From assembly GCA_044376405.1 (NCBI GenBank), contig JBILKZ010000002.1, forward strand, positions 1,466-65,465: a stretch of DNA of 64,000 bases, written 5' to 3'. Shown in pieces: positions 8,576 to 17,322 of the stretch (the first letter of the stretch is position 1; each line of letters starts with the position of its first letter). This DNA is from Pirellulales bacterium. GTDB taxonomy: Bacteria; Planctomycetota; Planctomycetia; Pirellulales; UBA1268. The notes below the pieces were generated by a model. That model was not told where the DNA came from. It was given only the letters and a program-made list of their open reading frames with translations, and did not search any database. The position numbers and the translations under genes are program-made.

Positions 8576-9298
8576 TCAGCGTTTCTTTGTGGCGGGCTTG
8601 ACGCCAACGCACGAGCAGAGGTCGGCCAGCGGACAGTTCTCGCAACGCGGCCGCCGGGCGGTGCAGACCGTGCGGCCGTGTTCGATCAGACGGTGGCTGA
8701 ACGCGATCCAGTGCGATTTCGGGATCGCGGCGATCAGGTCGCGTTCGGCCTTCACAGCGTCGGCATGGCGGGTGAGCCCTAACCGCCGCGAGATGCGGCC
8801 GACATGCGTGTCGACCACCACACCCGACGGCACGCCGAAGCCGCTACCGAGGACGACATTGGCGGTTTTGCGGCCCACGCCCGGCAGCCGGACAAGCTCC
8901 TCGAGCGTGCGGGGCACCTCCCCCCCGTGCCGCTCCATGAGCGCCTCGCAACAGCCGCGGATGTTCTTGGCCTTGGCCCTAAAGAACCCGGTGGAACGGA
9001 TCACGGCCTCCACCTCCGCCTGGCTCGCTGCTGCCAGCGCCGCGGCCGTGGGCCAGCGGCCAAAGAGGTCGCCGGTCGTGGCGTTCACCCGCTTGTCGGT
9101 GCACTGGGCCGAGAGGATCGTGGCGATCAGCAGCTGAAAGGGGCTGGCAAAATCGAGCGAACAATGCGCCTGCGGATAGCCCTTGGCCAGCCGCCGCGCC
9201 ACGGCTGCCCCCTGCTCCCGGCCCCCCGGCCCCGCCTGTTTTCCGCCCCGCTTGCTACTATTGTCTGGCTTCACACGCACCTCCCGCGAGCTCCCCAT
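8576..9298 (-). CDS. nth: endonuclease III
   Basis: FQLLIATILSAQCTDKRVN, HhH-GPD LPGVGRKTANVVL, and the 4Fe-4S cluster CTARRPRCENCPLADLC. The start is uncertain because an in-frame GTG at 9202 would remove the head-on overlap with the next gene. Confidence 0.9.
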   Translation of the reverse strand: MGSSREVRVKPDNSSKRGGKQAGPGGREQGAAVARRLAKGYPQAHCSLDFASPFQLLIATILSAQCTDKRVNATTGDLFGRWPTAAALAAASQAEVEAVIRSTGFFRAKAKNIRGCCEALMERHGGEVPRTLEELVRLPGVGRKTANVVLGSGFGVPSGVVVDTHVGRISRRLGLTRHADAVKAERDLIAAIPKSHWIAFSHRLIEHGRTVCTARRPRCENCPLADLCSCVGVKPATKKR

Positions 9299-9692
9299 GG
9301 ACGCCCCCGACTACGAGCCCCTGTACCTGCAGGGGATCGAGAAATTCAACGAATGCGACTACTACGAGAGCCATGAGGTCTGGGAGGAACTCTGGACGGA
9401 GTACCGGGGGGAGTCACGAAAGTTTTATCAGGGACTCATCCAGGCTGCCGTGGCCCTCTATCATTTTGGCAATGGCAACATCCGCGGGGCCCGCAAACTC
9501 CACTCGAGCGTGCACGGCTACCTCGAACCCTACGGTCCGCATCACCTGGGGCTCGACGTCACGGCCTTCCTTGCAGCCTTTGACACCTGCCTCGTCGAGG
9601 TGGCCGCCAGCACTGAAGAATTCCCAACCATCGAACTCAACCCCGACCTCCTGCCCGAAATTCACCTCGACCCGCCACCCCAGGCCGCCTGA
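9297..9692 (+). CDS. DUF309 domain protein
   Basis: LYLQGIEKFNECDYYESHEVWEELW...FYQGLIQAAVALYHFGNGNIRGARKL matches the DUF309 pattern. The ATG at 9297 is preferred over 9183. Confidence 0.7.
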   Translation: MDAPDYEPLYLQGIEKFNECDYYESHEVWEELWTEYRGESRKFYQGLIQAAVALYHFGNGNIRGARKLHSSVHGYLEPYGPHHLGLDVTAFLAAFDTCLVEVAASTEEFPTIELNPDLLPEIHLDPPPQAA

Positions 9693-9700
9693 TACGCACC

Positions 9701-10387
9701 ATGTCTGACGAACCTCTGGCCTTCTCCCCCGATCAGTTTTCCGGCCAGGCACGCGTCTTTCCGTTGCCCAACCTGGTGATGTTTCCCCATGTGATGCAGG
9801 CGCTCCACATCTTCGAGCCGCGGTATCTGGCGATGTTCGAGGAGGCCATTCAAGACGACCGTCTGATCGCGCTGGGACTGCTCGAGCCCGGCTGGGAACA
9901 GCACTACGAAGAACGCCCCAAGCTGCATCCCACCGCCTGCCTCTGCCGGATCGCCACCCAGCAGCGGACGCCGCAGGGCACCTACAACGTGTTGCTCCTG
10001 GGGGTGCGTCGCCTACGACTCATCCGCGAGCTGCCCGCCACGAATCCGTTCCGCGTGGTCGAGTCGGAGATCCTCGAAGACCACGAGCCGGAAGATGCCG
10101 AGGCCGGCGCCCGCCTCCAACAGCAGCTTCTGGCCGCCTTCAAGCGATCCATGCCGAAGATTCCTCAGGCATACGAGCAACTCGACCAGTTGCTGGGCAG
10201 CCAGATCACGCTCGGCATGCTCTGCGACATCGTCTCCTACACGCTCGACCTCGACTTCGACACGAAGCTGCGACTGCTGGCGGAATGCGACGTCTTCCGC
10301 CGCGTCCGCCTCCTCATGGAGGCGATCGAGGCCCGCGGCACGTCCAGCGGTGGCCGGGTATTTCCGCCTGACTTCAGCGTGAACTAA
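9701..10387 (+). CDS. LON peptidase N-terminal (substrate-binding) domain protein
   Basis: VFPLPNLVMFPHVMQALHIFEPRYLAMFEEAI is the stand-alone Lon-N domain signature. Confidence 0.8.
   Translation: MSDEPLAFSPDQFSGQARVFPLPNLVMFPHVMQALHIFEPRYLAMFEEAIQDDRLIALGLLEPGWEQHYEERPKLHPTACLCRIATQQRTPQGTYNVLLLGVRRLRLIRELPATNPFRVVESEILEDHEPEDAEAGARLQQQLLAAFKRSMPKIPQAYEQLDQLLGSQITLGMLCDIVSYTLDLDFDTKLRLLAECDVFRRVRLLMEAIEARGTSSGGRVFPPDFSVN
10335..10383. repeat. 49-nt direct repeat, copy 1 (inside the 3' end of the Lon-N gene)
   Basis: gcggcacgtccagcggtggccgggtatttccgcctgacttcagcgtgaa recurs at 10424-10472 with one mismatch. Confidence 0.9.
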
Positions 10388-10388
10388 G

Positions 10389-10419
10389 TCCCTCGCTTGC
10401 GGGTCGGGCTTGCATGGGA
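10389..10419. repeat. REP-like unit tccctcgcttgcgggtcgggcttgcatggga
   Basis: Nearly identical to 35387-35417 and, inverted, to about 35446-35476. Confidence 0.7.
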
Positions 10420-10423
10420 ACCA

Positions 10424-10472
10424 GCGGCACGTCCATCGGTGGCCGGGTATTTCCGCCTGACTTCAGCGTGAA
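10424..10472. repeat. 49-nt direct repeat, copy 2 (intergenic, upstream of folE)
   Basis: Second copy of 10335-10383, offset 89 nt. Confidence 0.9.
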
Positions 10473-10487
10473 TGAGGGTGTGATAGG

Positions 10488-11120
10488 ATGGGCCTCATGA
10501 AGAACGGTTCACCATCCTGTGACGCCGATGTCCCCGACCGCGGCGACCACGCCGTCGATCATGCCCGCATTGAACGGGCCGTTCGCGAGATCCTGCTCGC
10601 TGTGGGTGAAAACCCCGATCGCGAGGGCCTGCTGGAAACACCGGCCCGCGTGGCCCGCATGTATGCCGAGATGTTCAGCGGGCTGCACGCCGACCCGAAG
10701 GTGCATCTCCGCAAGGCCTTCACCGAAAAATACGACGAGATCGTGCTCGTCCGTGACATCGCCTTCAACAGCGTCTGCGAACACCACCTCCTCCCCTTCA
10801 TGGGCCACGCCCACATCGGCTACCTGCCGAATGGCCGCGTGCTGGGCCTGAGCAAACTGGCCCGCGTGGTGGAGGATCTGTCGCACCGCCCGCAGGTGCA
10901 GGAACGGATGACCGAACAGATCGCCGACCTGCTCGTGCACGATCTCGGGGCCAAGGGCGTGGCCGTGGTGGTCGAGGCCTCGCACACCTGCATGACCATC
11001 CGCGGCGTGCGAAAGCCTGGCAGTGTCTGTGTGACGTCGGCGATGAAGGGTCTCTTCCGGTCAAACATCTCCAGCCGTGCCGAGGTGATGTCGCTTATAT
11101 ACGGGGGCCGATCGCAATGA
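10488..11120 (+). CDS. folE: GTP cyclohydrolase I
   Basis: [36 protein letters not shown], and [11 protein letters not shown]...[17 protein letters not shown]. An in-frame ATG also lies at 10497. Confidence 0.93.
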   Translation: MGLMKNGSPSCDADVPDRGDHAVDHARIERAVREILLAVGENPDREGLLETPARVARMYAEMFSGLHADPKVHLRKAFTEKYDEIVLVRDIAFNSVCEHHLLPFMGHAHIGYLPNGRVLGLSKLARVVEDLSHRPQVQERMTEQIADLLVHDLGAKGVAVVVEASHTCMTIRGVRKPGSVCVTSAMKGLFRSNISSRAEVMSLIYGGRSQ

Positions 11121-11151
11121 CCTTCGCTGTGCCGGCCGCGGAGTCGCGCGG

Positions 11152-11922
11152 ATGAGGCTGCTCGTCGATTTTCTCTGCCGCTTTGGCTGGGGACTGTCGG
11201 TGGCGCTCGTGCTCACACCTTCGGCACTCGTGCCCGCCGGCTTCTTCCGCGTGAACGTGCTCGTGGTGCTCGGGCTGGCGACCTTCGCAGCGCTGCTCTG
11301 CGGGCAGGCGTTCCCGGGCCCGATGTGGCTGCTGCCGGCGGCGGCGGCAATCACCGCCTGGATGGCGAGCATCGCGTGGTTCGCCGAACGGACACGACCG
11401 GGCATCGTGCTCTGCGTGATCACGGCACTGCTCCTCGCAGCCGCGACGGCGATCGTGCAGGTCGCGCCGGAGGCGAGCGGCGTGGCAGGCTCGACAGCCA
11501 ACGCCGCCAGCGGCTGGGCAGGCGTCGGCACCGCACTGCTCTCCGGGCTCGTGACGGGGCTCACCGTGCACGCGATGCTGCTTGGGCACTGGTATTTGAA
11601 CGCCCCCGGCATGCGGGTTGACGTGCTGCGGCGAATGATCGACATCGCCCTTGTCGCCTGGGCGGTGCAACTGGTGGTGGCGACGGCCACAGCGTTGCCG
11701 GCAGGGACGCTGACTGCCGGCGTTACCGGGAGCCCCACGACCATGGCACTGATCTGGCTGCGATGGCTCGCCGGTCTCGCCGGACTGCCCATGCTGCTCT
11801 GGCTGAGCCGAAAAACCCTCGAAATTCCCAACACTCAGAGCGCTACGGGTATCCTGTATGTGGCCTGCCTCGCCGCCATCCTCGGCGAACTGACGGCCCA
11901 GCTGCTCTCCGTGGCGGCATAA
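11152..11922 (+). CDS. polytopic membrane protein, hypothetical
   Basis: About 7 hydrophobic segments with coding-like composition. The long opposite-strand ORFs here are Arg/Gly/Pro junk. Confidence 0.55.
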   Translation: MRLLVDFLCRFGWGLSVALVLTPSALVPAGFFRVNVLVVLGLATFAALLCGQAFPGPMWLLPAAAAITAWMASIAWFAERTRPGIVLCVITALLLAAATAIVQVAPEASGVAGSTANAASGWAGVGTALLSGLVTGLTVHAMLLGHWYLNAPGMRVDVLRRMIDIALVAWAVQLVVATATALPAGTLTAGVTGSPTTMALIWLRWLAGLAGLPMLLWLSRKTLEIPNTQSATGILYVACLAAILGELTAQLLSVAA

Positions 11923-11949
11923 CTCGGCCGCTCCTCGCGAAAGCCTTCG

Positions 11950-12480
11950 ATGCGCATCACCTACGCCTGCCCCGCCTGCCACGCGACCACGTCGATCGAT
12001 CGTATCGAGTCCTGCGACTCGCTTGAATGCGCTGCGTGCCATGCGGTCCTTCCCATCCCGCCCGATGCCTTCGCCGGCCGTGGCGACGACGCGGGGCTTC
12101 CACGGCTGCAGCGGTGCCTGGCCTGCCCGAGCATGGAACTCTTCGTCCGCAAGAATTTCCCGCAGCGGCTCGGCGTGGCGATCGTAGTGGCGGGGCTCGC
12201 GGCCAGCTGCGTGGCCTGGGCCAATCGCGAAATGATGATCACTTTCGGCATCCTCTTCGGCACGGCCCTGCTCGATGTGGTGCTCTTTCTCTTCATGCCC
12301 AACTGCCTCAGCTGCTATCGCTGCGGCGCCCGCTACAGCGGCGACGGCGTCGCCAACCAGCATGGCGATCCCGCTGCCGGCAGCAACCAGTTCGGAGCGT
12401 TCGATCTCGAGACGCACGAGAAACACCGGCAGCTCGTCGCCCGCACGAAGCAGCTCCACTCCGATCCGACGCACCCGTGA
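11950..12480 (+). CDS. zinc-ribbon membrane protein, hypothetical
   Basis: CPACH...CAACH and CLACP...CYRCG Cys pairs flank two TM helices. Confidence 0.5.
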   Translation: MRITYACPACHATTSIDRIESCDSLECAACHAVLPIPPDAFAGRGDDAGLPRLQRCLACPSMELFVRKNFPQRLGVAIVVAGLAASCVAWANREMMITFGILFGTALLDVVLFLFMPNCLSCYRCGARYSGDGVANQHGDPAAGSNQFGAFDLETHEKHRQLVARTKQLHSDPTHP

Positions 12481-12488
12481 GGTGAGCG

Positions 12489-15400
12489 ATGGATCACGAG
12501 CAGCAGCGGATCGAGGAAGACCTTCGCGGCATCGTGTCGGGCGAGGTGCTCTGCGGTGCCGCCAGCCGCAGCCTCTACGCCAGCGACGCCAGCGTGAGCG
12601 AGGTCTGGCCGCTGGCTGTGGTGCGGCCGCGGACGACCGACGACGTGGCCGCCACGGTGCGCTGGGCGGCTGAACGCCAGATCCCGGTGCATCCTCGCGG
12701 CGCGGGCACAAGCGTTGCAGGCGGCTCGCTCGGTCCGGGTGTCGTCATCGACTGCGGCCGCTTCCTCCGGCGCATCCTGCAGACCGACGGCGACGAGGTG
12801 CGGGTGCAGCCGGGCGTGGTCGCCGCGCAATTGGAAGAGCATCTCGGACGGCGCACGCGTTCACTCGGCGTCGACCCGGCGAACAGCGGCGTGACCACGG
12901 TCGGTGGCATGATCGGGAGAAATTCATCCGGCAGCCGCTTCCCGCGGTATGGCGCGATGAGCGGCCGCATGATCTCGGCGCGGGTGGTGCTTGCCGACGG
13001 CACGATCCTGGAACTGGTCCCCACGGCCCCCGCTTCAGCGGGCCCGGCGCCGCCTGGCGATGATTCCGGCCCACCCGCCATGGAGGCAGACAGGCTTCGC
13101 CAGCTCGCCTCCGGCGTGGCCACCATCCTCACCTCGTCACGCGATCTGATCGCAGCGGCCCAGCCCGTCACCCGCGGCACACACGGTGGCTATCAGCTCC
13201 ACGACCTGCTCCGCACCCTCGACCGCGACGGGCTCGTCGATCTGCCTCGGCTCCTCTGCGGCGCCGACGGCACACTGGGGATCGTCAGCGAAGCCACGCT
13301 TCGCACCGTGCCGACCGCCGACGCGACGGCCGTGGGACTGTTCCTGTTCGATTCGCTCGACCGGGCGGCAGAGGCGGCACTCAGGCTGCGGCCGCTCTCC
13401 CCCGATGCCTGCGACCTGTTCGACAAGCGACACCTCACCCTGGCCCGCAGCGCCAAGCCGACGTTCGATCAGCTGATCCCATCAGTCGCCGACGCAGGGC
13501 TGCTCGTTGAATTCTCCGGCGACGACGAGCAGGCCGCGACCGCACGCTTCGACGAGGCCGCGCGGCGGCTGCAGGGCTCGCGACCGCTGTGCATCGACGT
13601 CCGCAGGGCCGAGGATGCCGCCGAGAAGGCCATGCTCTGGGAACTGTCCCGGAGCGTGGTGGCCACCCTGCATGGAGTCCGCGGCACCATCCGCCCTGTG
13701 CCGTTCCTGGAAGATGTGGTGGTGCCGCCCGAGGCGTTGCCCGATTTCCTGAGACGGCTGCAGACGGTGCTCAAGCAGTGCGATGCCACGGCGATGCTCT
13801 TCGCCCATGCCGGGCATGGCCAGTTGCACGTGCGGCCTTACGCCGACCCGCGCGATCCCGAAGCTCGCACGAGGCTCGAGCGATTGGCGGACGCCATCTA
13901 TGGCGACGTCGTCGCCGTGGGCGGCACCATCGGCGCGGAGCAGGGCCTCGCCCTCTCGCGGACCCCCTTCTTCGCGACGCACTTTCCGGAACTGGCGGGT
14001 GTGTTCGCGGCCGTCAAGCGGGTGTTCGATCCGCTCGGCACCCTGAATCCCGGCATGATCGTCGGCGCCCCTTCCGTTCCCGCGGACTGGCGGCCACCAC
14101 TGGTGTCGCAGCCACCTCCACCACCGCTGCCCATGCTCACGTGGACGGTCGAGCGGCTGGCCAACGAGGTGGATGCCTGCAATGGCTGCGGAGCCTGTCG
14201 CAGCCAGTCGCCCAGCATGCGGATGTGTCCGATGTATCGGGAGAATCCGGCGGAAGAGGCATCACCCCGCGCGAAGGCCAATCTCATGGCGTCGCTGCTC
14301 TCCGGGCGGCTCGACCCCAGGTCGCTCGGCCAGGATGCCGTTCGTGACATCGCCGACACCTGTTTCAACTGCCACCAGTGCCGGACCGATTGCTCTGCCG
14401 GGGTCGACATCCCCGCGATCGTCAGCGAACTCAAGGCAGCGCATGCCGACATCAACAGCCTCGATCTGCACGCCTGGCTGCTCTCGCGGGTCGACACCCT
14501 GAGCAGACTGGGCGGTGCGGTCAGGCCGTTGGCCAATTGGGCGATTGCCAACCCACAGGCCCGCTGGCTGATGGAGAAAATGCTGGGCGTGGCCCGCGGC
14601 CGGAAGCTCCCCCCCTTCACCGGCCAACAGGTGATCCGCTGGGCGGCCCGCCGGGGCCTGACGCGGCCTTCACGCCGCAGCGGCCCGCGCGTGCTCTATT
14701 TTCTCGACACCTTCGCCCGACGCCACGATCTGCAACTCGTGAAGGCCTTCGTGGCGGTGCTCGAGCACAACGGAATAGGTGTCTTCATCGATCCGCGGCA
14801 GGTCTCTGCCGGGATGCCGCTGGTCGCCGCGGGAGATGTCGACGCGGCGCGACGGCTGGCCCGCACCAATCTCCGCGTGCTCACGGAGGCGGTTCGCCTC
14901 GGCTACCGGATCGTCGCGACCGAGCCGTCTGCTGTGACCTGCATCGTGCACGACTACCCGCTGCTGCTGGAAGACGACGAGATGGATCGCGTGGTGGCGG
15001 CCACCACCGACGCGGCGACGTTTCTTTGGGAACTCCACCGCGAGGGCCGCCTGCGTCTCGACTTCCAGCCGCTGGTCACCGCTGCCGACGCAAGCCAACA
15101 GCCTACGAGCCGCATTCTCTATCATGCTCCCTGCCATGCGCGGATCGGCCGCGACAAGAGTCCCGCCGAACATCTCTTGCGGCTCGTGCCCGGCCTCGCA
15201 ATCGACACGGCCGACCGCGGCTGTTCGGGAATGGCCGGCACGTTCGGCCTCTCCCGGCGAAACTATCGCACGAGCCTGCGGGTGGGCCTGGGGCTCGTCT
15301 CCGCCATGCGGAGCAGCGGCATCGAGGCAGGTGCTACCGAGTGCAGCGGCTGCCGGATACAAATGGAGCAGGGCACCTCCAAGCCGACGGTGCATCCGAT

Positions 15401-15500
15401 GAAGCTGCTGGCCAAGTCCTACGGCCTCCTCGCCGGCCCCGGTCCAGACGACCTCGACACCCTGCTCACGGCCACGAGCGGGCCTCTCACCACAAGCTGA
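12489..15500 (+). CDS. FAD-binding (GlcD-like) plus Fe-S/CCG-domain (GlcF/GlpC-like) fused oxidoreductase
   Basis: N-terminal FAD-PCMH region (IPVHPRGAGTSVAGGS), ferredoxin-type motifs CNGCGACRSQSPSMRMCP and CFNCHQCRTDC, and C-terminal Cys-rich repeats (YHAPCHAR..., CSGMAG, CSGCRIQ). Confidence 0.88.
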   Translation: MDHEQQRIEEDLRGIVSGEVLCGAASRSLYASDASVSEVWPLAVVRPRTTDDVAATVRWAAERQIPVHPRGAGTSVAGGSLGPGVVIDCGRFLRRILQTDGDEVRVQPGVVAAQLEEHLGRRTRSLGVDPANSGVTTVGGMIGRNSSGSRFPRYGAMSGRMISARVVLADGTILELVPTAPASAGPAPPGDDSGPPAMEADRLRQLASGVATILTSSRDLIAAAQPVTRGTHGGYQLHDLLRTLDRDGLVDLPRLLCGADGTLGIVSEATLRTVPTADATAVGLFLFDSLDRAAEAALRLRPLSPDACDLFDKRHLTLARSAKPTFDQLIPSVADAGLLVEFSGDDEQAATARFDEAARRLQGSRPLCIDVRRAEDAAEKAMLWELSRSVVATLHGVRGTIRPVPFLEDVVVPPEALPDFLRRLQTVLKQCDATAMLFAHAGHGQLHVRPYADPRDPEARTRLERLADAIYGDVVAVGGTIGAEQGLALSRTPFFATHFPELAGVFAAVKRVFDPLGTLNPGMIVGAPSVPADWRPPLVSQPPPPPLPMLTWTVERLANEVDACNGCGACRSQSPSMRMCPMYRENPAEEASPRAKANLMASLLSGRLDPRSLGQDAVRDIADTCFNCHQCRTDCSAGVDIPAIVSELKAAHADINSLDLHAWLLSRVDTLSRLGGAVRPLANWAIANPQARWLMEKMLGVARGRKLPPFTGQQVIRWAARRGLTRPSRRSGPRVLYFLDTFARRHDLQLVKAFVAVLEHNGIGVFIDPRQVSAGMPLVAAGDVDAARRLARTNLRVLTEAVRLGYRIVATEPSAVTCIVHDYPLLLEDDEMDRVVAATTDAATFLWELHREGRLRLDFQPLVTAADASQQPTSRILYHAPCHARIGRDKSPAEHLLRLVPGLAIDTADRGCSGMAGTFGLSRRNYRTSLRVGLGLVSAMRSSGIEAGATECSGCRIQMEQGTSKPTVHPMKLLAKSYGLLAGPGPDDLDTLLTATSGPLTTS

Positions 15501-15503
15501 CTC

Positions 15504-15788
15504 ATGCCCGCCCCTCGCTCCACAACTCCCCCCTCCGTCGCCGCTGACACGCTCCGCATCAGTCTGTTCGCGGGCATGGCCGACACGATCGGCCGCCGTT
15601 CGGTGGAGTTGGCGTGGACCGGCGGCACAGCAGCCATGCTCCGCAGCCGGCTGGCTGCGGAGTTTCCACCGATCGCGCCGCTGCTCGCCCGCAGCGCCGT
15701 GGCGATCGGCGCTGGCTATGTCACCGACGATTCTGAGGTGCCCTGCGGCGCCGACGTGGCGATCATTCCTCCGGTGAGCGGAGGATGA
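15504..15788 (+). CDS. moaD: molybdopterin synthase sulfur-carrier subunit
   Basis: 94 aa ending ...VAIIPPVSGG (ubiquitin-like fold, C-terminal GG). It starts 3 nt after the preceding stop. Confidence 0.8.
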   Translation: MPAPRSTTPPSVAADTLRISLFAGMADTIGRRSVELAWTGGTAAMLRSRLAAEFPPIAPLLARSAVAIGAGYVTDDSEVPCGADVAIIPPVSGG

Positions 15789-15789
15789 C

Positions 15790-17322
15790 GTGGCCACTTC
15801 GGACAGGAACAGCCCACCCGCATCGACTGCGTCGCTCCTGGTCTGGGAGCCGATCGACACGGCCCGTCTGCTCGAGTCGGTGGCGAACGACGCGGCCGGC
15901 GCGAACGTGCTGTTCACCGGCACGACCCGTGGTGTGACGGCCGGCGTGCTCACCACTCAGATCACCGAGCGGCTCACCTACGAAGCCCACGAACCGCTGG
16001 CCTCCGCCGTGCTGGCCCGGCTGCGGGACGAGGCGGTGGCACAGTACGGCCTGACCGCGTGCGCGATCATCCATCGGCTCGGCGAGGTCGCCGTCGGCGA
16101 GACGAGCGTGGCCATTGCCACGAGCGCACCGCACCGCCGCGAGGCCTTTGCCGCAGCGGAGTGGCTGATGGAGCGGATCAAGCGCGAGGCGCCGATCTGG
16201 AAGTGTGAGGAGGGAGCCGGCGGCGACCGCAGCTGGGTGCATCCAGATAGTGGGTTGCATCCCGCCAGTGAGTCGCGATCCGAGCCACGCCCCGTGCTCG
16301 TCGACGGCTTCGGCCGCGTCCACACCGACCTGCGGATCAGCGTCACCGACCGCTGCAATCTCCGCTGCACCTACTGCATGCCGCTCGACGTGGCCTTCAA
16401 GCCACGGGAGGAACTGCTCAGCTACGAGGAGATCGTGCGGGTGGCCCGCGTGGCGGCCGGACTCGGCATCCGTTCGATCAGGATCACGGGGGGCGAGCCG
16501 CTCGTTCGGCGCGACGTCGCCGAGCTGGTGCGGCAGCTCGTCACCATTTCCGGCATCGCGGAGGTGTCGCTCACGACCAACGGCCTGCTGCTGGAGGAGC
16601 AGGCCGCCGACCTGCGTCGGGCGGGCCTGCATCGGCTCAACGTCAGCCTCGACGCGCTCAATGAGGATGCCTTCGAGCGTATCGCACGGAGGCAGGGCCT
16701 GGCTCGCGTGCTGGCCGGGCTGGCGGCGGCCAAGGCGGCCGGCTTTCAGTCGATCAGGATCAACGCCGTCTCCATCCGCGGCCTCACCGAAGGGGAGATC
16801 GTGCCACTGGCGGAGTTCTGTCGCCGTGAGGGGTTTCACCTGCGGTTCATCGAGTTCATGCCGCTCGATGGCGAGTCATCCTGGTCAGACGGTCAGGTGC
16901 TCTCCGGTCGCGAGGTACGCGACATGCTCACGCGGCACTTTGGACCGCTCATCCCTGCCGTCCGCGGCGACGCCGGCCAGCCGGCGATCGACTATTCCTA
17001 TGCCAATCACGACATCGCGAACGCCGCGATGGGTGCTGCCGGTCTTCCCACGCAGGCTGCCGGTGTCGGCTTCATCGATCCAGTGACACAGCCCTTTTGC
17101 GACCGATGTGACCGGCTGCGACTCACGGCCGACGGTCAGTTTCGCAACTGCCTGTTCTCGACGACGGAGTGGGACGCGCGGCACGCGCTCCGCGCGGGCG
17201 GCTCCGACGACGAGATCGCCCGCCTGCTTCGCGATTGCGTGCTGGCGAAGCGGGCCGCGCATGGCATCGGCACACCGGCATTCGAGCGGCCAGCCCGCGC
17301 GATGTATCAGATCGGAGGATGA
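15790..17322 (+). CDS. fused molybdopterin synthase catalytic subunit (MoaE) and GTP 3',8-cyclase (MoaA)
   Basis: N-terminal half has IIHRLGEVAVGETSVAIATSAPHRREAFAAAEWLMERIKREAPIWKCEE (MoaE). After a linker of about 30 aa comes LRISVTDRCNLRCTYCMP...ITGGEPLVR...CDRCDRLRLTADGQFRNCLF...IGG (radical-SAM MoaA). GTG start is 1 nt after the moaD stop. Confidence 0.85.
   Translation: MATSDRNSPPASTASLLVWEPIDTARLLESVANDAAGANVLFTGTTRGVTAGVLTTQITERLTYEAHEPLASAVLARLRDEAVAQYGLTACAIIHRLGEVAVGETSVAIATSAPHRREAFAAAEWLMERIKREAPIWKCEEGAGGDRSWVHPDSGLHPASESRSEPRPVLVDGFGRVHTDLRISVTDRCNLRCTYCMPLDVAFKPREELLSYEEIVRVARVAAGLGIRSIRITGGEPLVRRDVAELVRQLVTISGIAEVSLTTNGLLLEEQAADLRRAGLHRLNVSLDALNEDAFERIARRQGLARVLAGLAAAKAAGFQSIRINAVSIRGLTEGEIVPLAEFCRREGFHLRFIEFMPLDGESSWSDGQVLSGREVRDMLTRHFGPLIPAVRGDAGQPAIDYSYANHDIANAAMGAAGLPTQAAGVGFIDPVTQPFCDRCDRLRLTADGQFRNCLFSTTEWDARHALRAGGSDDEIARLLRDCVLAKRAAHGIGTPAFERPARAMYQIGG

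Noticed and set aside
11095-12711. 538-aa minus-strand ORF spanning three plus-strand genes
   Set aside because: Arg/Gly/Ala/Pro-dominated sequence with no domains. The plus-strand frames give coherent membrane and zinc-ribbon proteins and the start of the FAD oxidoreductase.
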